From positions 146,816,001 through 146,880,000 of the forward strand of contig OX597815.1 of NCBI GenBank assembly GCA_951406725.2: a DNA stretch of 64,000 nucleotides, read 5' to 3'. Positions 55,673 to 64,000 of the stretch are shown in pieces. The position numbers were made by a program, and so were the translations under genes. The DNA is from Octopus vulgaris. Its lineage: Eukaryota. Positions within the stretch are counted from its first letter, which is position 1. Each line of letters opens with the position of its first letter. The notes beneath the pieces were generated by a model. That model did no database searches, was not told where the DNA came from, and worked only from the letters and a program-made list of their open reading frames with translations.

Positions 55673-58438
55673 TCAGGTGTAGTTTCGGCGGATTTCGGAA
55701 AGCATGAGGGCCTTAAAAGATGCAGTGTCATGGCAGTCAACAACTGACGCAGGCAGTTTATTCCATGCTTCAGCAATTCTGAGCGTGAAAAAATGTTTCC
55801 GAAAGTCATGGGAGCTGTATTGTTTTCTGACTTTGTAGGCATGTCCACGTGTGTTAGACACATGGAGATCAAAAAGGTGTTCAGTGTTGTTGTTGGTGAG
55901 GTGGTTGATAACTTTGTGGGTGTTTACCAAGTCCGTCGCCAAACGCCGGAGCTTCAGTGAATCCATGCCCAGGGAAACAAGGCGCTCAGAATATGGTAGG
56001 TGTCTGATGGAGGGTATGCGTTTGGTTGCACGTCTCTGGACAGATTCCAGGAGGTCAATGTTCTGTGCAAGATAGGGGTTCCAAACTGATGATGCGAATT
56101 CCAAGTGTGGTCGTACCATAGCTGTATACAGTTTTAAATAGATGGCTGGAGAGCGGCTAACAAAAGACCTGCTGAGTGATGCCAAGACACCCTCGGCCTT
56201 CCTGACAATCTTAGAGATATGCTTTGACCAACGCAAATCACTGCTGACAGTGATGCCTAGGTCACGCTCACAAGAGGATTTCTTGATATCAGTGTTGTGG
56301 AGGGAGTATGTGAACGCAGGGTTTTTTCTCCCAAAATGCATGGTGGTACACTTGTCCACAGCCAGTTTCAGTTGCCAGTCTGTGATCCATTGCTGCATTG
56401 TGTCTAGGTCTGATTGCAGGAAAGAGTTGTAGACATCAGGATCTGTCCTCTTGATTTCAAGGTACAGCTTGATGTCGTCTGCATATTTCAATACTGTGGC
56501 ATTCTTTAAATTGGCATCTATGTCGTTAATGTATGCCACAAACAAGAGGGGACCAAGGACAGATCCCTGTGGTACACCCGATGACATCTCATATGGTGTA
56601 GAGTGCTGTCCTAGAACTGTGACTACCTCCTTTCGGCTGAGGATGAAGGATTTCAACCAGTTAAAAAGGTCATCCCCCACACCCATTGCAGAGAGTTTCA
56701 CCATAAGCCTTTTGTGTGGCACAGAGTTGAAAGCCTTAGCAAAGTCAAGGTAGACAACATCCACCCATGAGCCACTGTCAGTAATCTGAGTAATGTCCTC
56801 AAGGAACTCGACAAGCTGGTCACTGCAGCTGGAGTTAGGGACAAATCCATATTGTGAGGGTCGGATGAGACTGTGAGAGCTCCAGAAGTTCCAGAGTGTT
56901 TCTCTGACACACGATTCCATCAGTTTTGCAATACAGCTAGTGAGACTGACTGGGCGATAGTTGACAGGTGATGTGCGGTCGCCCTTTTTGAACAGAGGAA
57001 TGACACTGGCAGTTTTCCACTGCTCCGGAGTAGCACCATTGTTGAGACAGTACTGGAAGAAAATAGAAAGCTGGTGTAAAAGGAAGTGCCTGCCACGTTT
57101 GAGAAGCAGGTATGTAACTCCATCGAGACCAGGGGAGGCATAGTTGTGCTTATTTTGAAGGTGACGTCGCAGCATTGCAGGTGTAAATTCCATAGTTGTT
57201 ATGGAGTTTGCTGTTAGTGATGGTGAAGATGGTACATTTTGACTTTCAACAGTGAATATGTTTGCATAGCACTCGGCAATGAGTTCTGCGCATTCCTTGG
57301 GGTCGTCAGTGATCTGGTTTGTGTGAGGGTTGCGAAGAGGGCCCACTGGAGAGTGAGGTCTCTGCTTTGAGTGCACATATTTCCAGAAAACCTTGCTGTC
57401 AGGATTGGCTGCTATGCACTGTTCAAATTCAAGCACTGCTTTTTTTGTCACTTGCTTGAGATGGTTGGAGGATTTATTCCGCTTCTTCCTGTTGGTGTCT
57501 GATTTATGCAACCTGTATTCCCGTTCAGCAGTCCGACGTTCCCTCCTGGCAAGTCGGACCGCTGAAGTTTCCCAAATTGCCCTTTTGGGGCGGTTCTTCT
57601 TTTTTTGTTTACGTGGCACTGATGCTGCACATGCTGCCCATATTGAGTCCAGGATACTCTGGAGTATAGTATTCACATCTCCAGAGTTGTAGAATTCACG
57701 CCAGTTTGGGTGCTGTAGTTCAGTGTGGTACAGGTTCCAATCTGCTCTCTTCCAATCGAAGGAAGCAGATTGGAGATGGTTCAGGTTTTTGTTGCCCGCA
57801 AGAGCCAGATTGGCGATGATCATAGCATGATCAGAGTCACCTAGAGGTTCCTCCGTAGTGCAATTGATAACTGCTTCAGGAGTTGTGGTGAAGAGCAGGT
57901 CCAAGGTGTTGTCGCCTCTTGTTGGAGAGGTGACTACTTGTGACCAGTTTGAGTCCAGCACAAGCTCAACAAAATCGTTTGCACTCTGTGGCCAATGGAA
58001 GGTCTCCCAATCGATCTCAGGATGATTGAAATCGCCTGCAATAAACACATAAGTGGCTGTTTTCCTGGCAGCAGCTCGGAGGACATTGCAAAGCTGTGTG
58101 TCCCGATGGTAACTTGGGGGACGATAAACAACGCCAAGCAGGAGTGTTGACATGGTCATACGCACGTCACAGAAAAAAACTTCTTCTTGTGATTCGTTCA
58201 AATCGGCACAAGGAATTACCAAAAAATTTGAACGAACGTAGACCATCACACCACCACCACGGCGGTTAGTGCGGTCCTTACGGAAGAGGTTGTACCCCGT
58301 AATGTTGAAAACCCCATCACAGAGTAAGGAATGCGCCCATGTTTCCGTGACAGTGATGAAGTCAGGGTCAACACTTCTGACGTAGGCGTTGAACAAATGT
58401 ATTTTGTTGCATAAACTGCGAGCATTTAAGGACAACAA
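55673..58438 (-). CDS. LINE ORF2: APE endonuclease + reverse transcriptase (CR1 clade); frame open from 58522 with no initiator ATG
   Basis: 921 aa uninterrupted: LNARS, VTETW, VVYRPP, AGDFN, TLDL, SDH (APE); NYRPVSLTS, QYGF, YLDFAKAFNSV, GVPQGSVLGPLLF, KYADDIK, ERDLG (RT); HLEFASSVWNP, LESVQRRATK, RGH, WNKLP (CR1 C-terminus). Confidence 0.97.
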   Translation of the reverse strand: MLSLNARSLCNKIHLFNAYVRSVDPDFITVTETWAHSLLCDGVFNITGYNLFRKDRTNRRGGGVMVYVRSNFLVIPCADLNESQEEVFFCDVRMTMSTLLLGVVYRPPSYHRDTQLCNVLRAAARKTATYVFIAGDFNHPEIDWETFHWPQSANDFVELVLDSNWSQVVTSPTRGDNTLDLLFTTTPEAVINCTTEEPLGDSDHAMIIANLALAGNKNLNHLQSASFDWKRADWNLYHTELQHPNWREFYNSGDVNTILQSILDSIWAACAASVPRKQKKKNRPKRAIWETSAVRLARRERRTAEREYRLHKSDTNRKKRNKSSNHLKQVTKKAVLEFEQCIAANPDSKVFWKYVHSKQRPHSPVGPLRNPHTNQITDDPKECAELIAECYANIFTVESQNVPSSPSLTANSITTMEFTPAMLRRHLQNKHNYASPGLDGVTYLLLKRGRHFLLHQLSIFFQYCLNNGATPEQWKTASVIPLFKKGDRTSPVNYRPVSLTSCIAKLMESCVRETLWNFWSSHSLIRPSQYGFVPNSSCSDQLVEFLEDITQITDSGSWVDVVYLDFAKAFNSVPHKRLMVKLSAMGVGDDLFNWLKSFILSRKEVVTVLGQHSTPYEMSSGVPQGSVLGPLLFVAYINDIDANLKNATVLKYADDIKLYLEIKRTDPDVYNSFLQSDLDTMQQWITDWQLKLAVDKCTTMHFGRKNPAFTYSLHNTDIKKSSCERDLGITVSSDLRWSKHISKIVRKAEGVLASLSRSFVSRSPAIYLKLYTAMVRPHLEFASSVWNPYLAQNIDLLESVQRRATKRIPSIRHLPYSERLVSLGMDSLKLRRLATDLVNTHKVINHLTNNNTEHLFDLHVSNTRGHAYKVRKQYSSHDFRKHFFTLRIAEAWNKLPASVVDCHDTASFKALMLSEIRRNYT

Positions 58439-58494
58439 TTTGTACCCTGCTCGCAGTTTATGATGGTGTGTAGAGGATGGCAGGTTGTTCTGGC

Positions 58495-58935
58495 TTAGTT
58501 TCCCTGAGTTGCTGTAGTATTTTTAGTTATTGTGGGTAGAGAGCACTCAGACCAGCTGGTATCTCTCTTCCACGTTTCAGCAGTCTTGACAAATCTCCAG
58601 ATTTGTCCATCTTCCCGAAGACTGAAGCTTTCCTGTAGAGCTGAGTTCCTATTCAGGGAAGCCACTACACGTAGCTTCGGACGTACATCGGACGGTAAGC
58701 CTGGGCGTGTTCGGAAGGTGGTCCGATTTTCCCGCCCAGCTTTAACTGAGGCCAGATGGTAAGAGGTTGCCTCAGTGGGGTCCGTAAAAGACAACTTGAT
58801 GAGCCTAGGTTTTGGGCCAGGTCGTCCAAGGCGGATAGCACCCGTTGGGGGAACGCAGCCTAGGTCTTTGGCTGAGTTGGCAGCAAAAGCCTGAAGATCA
58901 GCCATGTCTTCAAAAGCCTGAAGATCAGCCATGTC
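58495..58935 (-). CDS. 5'-truncated LINE ORF1 (C-terminal part)
   Basis: Contains AIRLGRPGPKPRLIKLSF, typical of CR1/L2 ORF1 RRM-like regions, and ends QGN*. The ATG at 58959 probably lies in flanking DNA. Confidence 0.8.
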   Translation of the reverse strand, partial: DMADLQAFEDMADLQAFAANSAKDLGCVPPTGAIRLGRPGPKPRLIKLSFTDPTEATSYHLASVKAGRENRTTFRTRPGLPSDVRPKLRVVASLNRNSALQESFSLREDGQIWRFVKTAETWKRDTSWSECSLPTITKNTTATQGN

Positions 58936-59332
58936 ATATGACTGTGCATTTACCAACATCCTTCTATGTTTGTTCGAAAACTTCCGTTTACTATATGTTA
59001 CATTACACTCACAAGTGTTTGGTCAACCTGAAGCAATGATAGTAGAATCTTGCCCACGGTACCTTGAAGTGGTATTGAGTACTGTACTACGTGGGGGTGA
59101 TATAAATTATAGTAACTGATGCCCAGGTTTGTACGTTCTTTAATACTTGTAATGTAATTTCAATTTCTGGGTAATTATACGACGTGGCAACAAAAATGTT
59201 TCCAACTTTTTGGCACAAGGAAAATAATTCCGGGGGAGGAGAGTAAGTCGATTACATCGAACCGTTGATCAACAGGTAGTTACTCCAAATGTGAAGTACA
59301 TAAGAAGAGTTAGGAAATTAGGAGAGTTGAAC

Positions 59333-59416
<84 letters not shown>

Positions 59417-60009
59417 TTCAAGCTGATAATACTTGATGTTGCCGTTTCAGATAATAGACATTTTCGGTGAGTCTCGAAATATCTTCAGTTCGCAGTTTTG
59501 ATCGGCAGCATATTAATGCCGTTTTGAACGGTAGCATATTAATGAAGGTATTCTTTTTGTTTAAGATTTTCAACAATATTACTCCTAATTTAGGTGCGCT
59601 TATCGTCACAAATCGACACTATAAATCCTCTTTAGTCTCGGAGTATTATCCAGGTGTACATCTCCGACGTAACAGTTAAAGGGATGTAGATAAAACTACA
59701 TTTACACTCTCTGTAAATGGAAGAGGATTCTATTTGGAGGAGACGTTTATCCACATCTAATTGCATCTAATTGCATTGTATATTATTGTCATATGTCCAA
59801 AGTCATATTTGAAGGATTATGGAAACGAAGTGAATGCTATTGCTGGTGAGTTGCGATTGCTATTTGGCTATCATGCTGGATATTTTCAGTTGATCTCTGT
59901 ACACTAACAAAAGCCGTATCACTATTCTCCACAATTAGACACGGAGTGTACAAATATTCATGACGCTGATTCATAAACTTGTACTTTTGAGTTCATAATT
60001 CTTCGTATC

Positions 60010-60224
60010 CTTTTCTACTCTAAGAACAAGGCCCGAAATTTTGGTGAGAGGAGCCAGTCGATTAAATCGACTCCAGTACGCAACTGGTATTTAATATATC
60101 GACCCCGAATGGATGAAAGGCAAAGTCGACTCCAGGCGGAATTTCAACTCAGAACCTAAAGACAGACGAAATACCGCTCAGCATTTCTCCCGACGTGCTA
60201 ACGTTTCTGCCAGCTCACCGCCTT
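60010..60224 (-). mobile_element. Family-D SINE (GCCTTGT..TAGAGTAGAAAAG tail variant)
   Basis: Minus-strand head AAGGCGGTGAGCTGGCAGAAACGTTAGCACG; degenerate TSD ATAATTCTTCGTATC / ATATTTCTTCATATC. Confidence 0.9.
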
Positions 60225-62814
60225 TATATTTCTTCATATCATAACACCCAGTATGCACACGTACACATGCGCACGCATGTACGCACGCACGTACGCATGC
60301 ACGCACGCACGCACACACTCACGCACGCACGCACATACAAATATATGTACATATGTATATTTGTCCTTACATACATATGTGTGTCTGTATATCTATGAGC
60401 ATATATATATGTGTGTGTGTGTGTGTATGTATGTGTGTTTGTATGTATGTATGTGTGTTCAGAGAATGAGAAAGGGAATCGGTAGGTAGATAAATAATTA
60501 ATAGCTAGATAAAGTGTACAGAGAGTGATAGGCGACAGAAAAAGAAATTGAAACATTCAGAGAAGCTTTGATAGAATAGAAAAATGTGATTTCTTTCAAC
60601 CACTTAATACATAGTGCGTCTACAATATACAGCACTTCACTGTTGAGAAGCAGACGAAACACCTATGAATTTATCTATTGAGTAACATTCTGTTAAGAAA
60701 TTCATCAAAAGCTGCTTCTCTATCGCAGATATAAAGTCTACTGTAACAATAACTTAGACAATTTTCCTCTGGCTATGAGTTGATTAAATCGCAAGAAACG
60801 AGTGGATCAATTGGTTACCTCACACATGGGAAATATTCAATGAAGATTCACTATCGAAAATTAGATAAATTTATTTTGCGTTCACAACTAACCAATTCTT
60901 ATTTCGATCTGAAACACGCAAATACAATTTGGAGTTTCCTAATGTACTGCGTAGTCATGTAACATCCACCAATTACCGGAGAGCGGGGAGTTATTGATAC
61001 GTTTTTCAGTCTATAATTATTGTTGTTCTTGTTGTTATAGTTTAGCTTCGGGTCAGTTCATATTAGGCAAGGCAATGATTAAACCATGCTAGTCATGACT
61101 ATCTCGCCTTTTTTTCTTTCTTTCTTTGGTCAGACGTAGTGTATAAAGTTTAACGTTATATAAGATATTTCCATTCCTTACAGAAGTTAGAGTGCAAAAT
61201 TTGTGAGTTGTTGGCTGCTATTTATTACAGTAGTTAGTATGGCTACTTAAGGCTACCTTGTATGGTGTTATTATATATCTTTCGTGGTACCGTTCGGTAG
61301 AAATTACAGTTAATTACCGTTAAAATGTAAAAAAATAGACAAAAGAGAAGTTTTCTCTCTCCACACACACACGCACACATGCTCACACGCACATAATACC
61401 CAGAAATGCACACACACACGTTTTCGACATTTAATCTCATTACGTGCAGTATGAAATGCAGTTTATGCGTTTCACATATCGAAAGCGACTAATATAGAAA
61501 TATTCAAATACTTCCAAAGTCTTTGGTGCAGTTGTAACATAGAAGTCACTTCATTTATATATTTTTTTGTAAATAATGTTTGGTATTTCCTAATTAAACA
61601 CACAAATCAGATATTATTTAACCTTGAGCACTGATGATTATAAATGCGAATCAGAATTTTGCATCCAGGCTACATAAGTTTGATATTTTCTGGTTGTTCA
61701 CCACTGATGATCTTTTTTACATGACTTTGGCAAAAGAGATTAACATCTAATGGGTCACTGATATTTACTACAATTACTTCACTTCTTTTGAGACTACTGT
61801 AATTGAATGTAATTTATCTATCACTCCATCAGGAAGATTGTCTCACCCTTCATGTCATCATGCCATAGCATATAATGTGAGTCTTAAACGTAAATTTCAG
61901 CTGATACGTGACATAACTTTTTTCACATTTTCACTTCAAATTTTGAAGTTTAGTCTTCCCTATGGTCACGCTGAATAGGCATAGTACACCCAGAGCCCCT
62001 ATTTAAGTAATTCAGATACCCCACTCATATTATCATATTTACTTTCAAGTACACATGCGATATAACTATATATCCAGCCAAGCACCGGTGTCTTTTTTTT
62101 AAATTTCTAATAGCAGCATTTTGCCAATCAAGTCTACCGAAATTGATTTCGAAAAGACACTGGTCTATAACCTGATTATATATCAGTCTTGCTTCGTATT
62201 TCAAGCACCTCTCTAAATAGTGTTTTAATCAGTCTATCAATCTTTTTAAATGTATAGACCAAAGCCGTCGGAGCTTGGCATGGCACAATGCAGTTAGTAT
62301 CTACGATGAAGACACCTGACTTTACACTTCATATCTTTGTTTCATTTCCTTCAAGAAGTGAGGAGACGTTCGGCGTAGACCTAGGCTCTCTACTCTATTC
62401 AATACCTCATTGTTTTAAGCAGCCCCCGTGCGACTTATACATACATTATAGTTAGGCATGCTATGTAATGAAATATTTTGATACCACATACTTCTTATAG
62501 CAGCCAAATACGAGCTTTGTCTCTGTGGTCTGTACTCAGTGTGGCATTTCTAGCTCAGCATTCATTAATTCCGCAAATGGCTAACTAGATGTTTCCCGCG
62601 TAATCTAAAATTCCACTACCATTCCTATGCGATTTTGTAATGGCGGAGTTTACAGCTTGCGATTTTGTAATGGGGGGTTTTCACTAACGGTGTTATAGTC
62701 TCGAAGACAAGTTTGTATGGTATTCACTCTAAATCCCCTTTCATGCTACAATATTACGATTCTACTGCCCATATATTTTTTTGGACACACAGACATATAT
62801 ATATGCAACTATAA

Positions 62815-62873
<59 letters not shown>

Positions 62874-63149
62874 CATGTATGTACACATACATACATATAT
62901 GGATGTATGTAACTATGCATGAATATATATATATATATCTTCACTGTTTACCCAATCACCATGCAACATGTCAGAAAAAAGTCCATCATTCAACTAAACT
63001 CAGTGAAATGAAATTTGCAGCACAACTGTCCATATTTATATTTTTTGCATCTTTTAGTGTATATTTGCTGTGTATTTATTTTATCTACTTTCGTATCTTT
63101 AAATTTTTATCGCTGTATATGCACCTACTCATGCATACGTACACACATA

Positions 63150-63218
<69 letters not shown>

Positions 63219-63406
63219 GTGCTTCTGTGTGTACATATATAAAAATTATATATGTATATACTTATATATACATACACATTTATATATCTATATTTATATA
63301 AATGTATACCTGCATATACCACACACATACATATATATATATACATATATATAAATATATATATATATATATAGATATAGATATATATAAACATATACAC
63401 ATAGAC

Positions 63407-63541
63407 ATGCATACGTATATATATATATGCATGTATATATGCATACGTATGTATATATATGCATGTATACATGCATACGTATATATATATATGCATGTAC
63501 ATATGCATACGTATGTATATATATGCATGTATACATGCATA

Positions 63542-63548
<7 letters not shown>
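63407..63548. repeat. 32-bp minisatellite (4+ units) derived from (TA)n
   Basis: Units ATGCATACGTATRTATATATATGCATGTAYAY start at 63407, 63439, 63471 and 63503. Confidence 0.9.
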
Positions 63549-63588
<40 letters not shown>

Positions 63589-63635
63589 TGTGCATGTATA
63601 TATATATGTAAGTATGTATATATATATATATATGA

Positions 63636-63672
<37 letters not shown>

Positions 63673-63697
63673 AACATATACACATACACATGCATGC

Positions 63698-63810
<113 letters not shown>

Positions 63811-63943
63811 TGGGCAAGTAGTTTATTTAATTTAGTTTTCTTTTTATCTCCAAGTAACGTAACATCAAAGTGAAGTTGCTGGATATTCCAACATCACGTT
63901 CATGATTGTGGTATTTATTCAATTTTATTTGCTGCATGAGTGT

Positions 63944-63996
<53 letters not shown>

Positions 63997-64000
63997 TGTG

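Larger units (their letters stand above)
55578..58935 (-). mobile_element. Young 5'-truncated CR1-clade LINE
   Basis: GC-richer block with partial ORF1, intact ORF2, a short 3' UTR with a stem-loop and a (TTA)15 tail (55578-55622). Confidence 0.96.

Noticed and set aside
55851-58762. Short plus-strand and alternative-frame ORFs inside the LINE
   Set aside because: Shadow ORFs caused by the higher GC and codon structure of ORF1/ORF2.
62608-62680. Two copies of TGCGATTTTGTAATGG 30 bp apart (CRISPR-like spacing)
   Set aside because: Only two units, eukaryotic context and no cas genes; a simple local tandem duplication.

Overview
AT-rich, microsatellite-dense eukaryotic (animal) DNA, either intergenic or intronic. 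The SINE repertoire and (TA)n/(CA)n/(GATA)n density resemble an Octopus/cephalopod genome; this is an inference from my recollection of those repeats, not a database search. Nearly all ORFs in the track are microsatellite artefacts. The real content is transposable elements: one young 5'-truncated CR1-clade LINE with an intact APE+RT ORF2 (55578-58935, minus); remnants of R4/Dong, RTE, hAT and two mariner elements; three non-autonomous Helitrons; two MITEs; and many tRNA-derived SINEs, several with clear TSDs. Most notable points: (1) the CR1 ORF2 has no ATG start but is joined to ORF1 by a canonical G_GGA_AAC -1 slippery site directly before the ORF1 stop; (2) a family of ~200-bp microsatellite-flanked elements carries degenerate minimal type-I hammerhead ribozymes with compensatory stem-I changes (Penelope/retrozyme-like); (3) the RTE 5' junction contains templated copies (one inverted, one direct) of downstream flank; (4) several large fold-back structures are associated with (TA)n arrays. 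No host gene is securely identified; one candidate signal-peptide first exon is noted.
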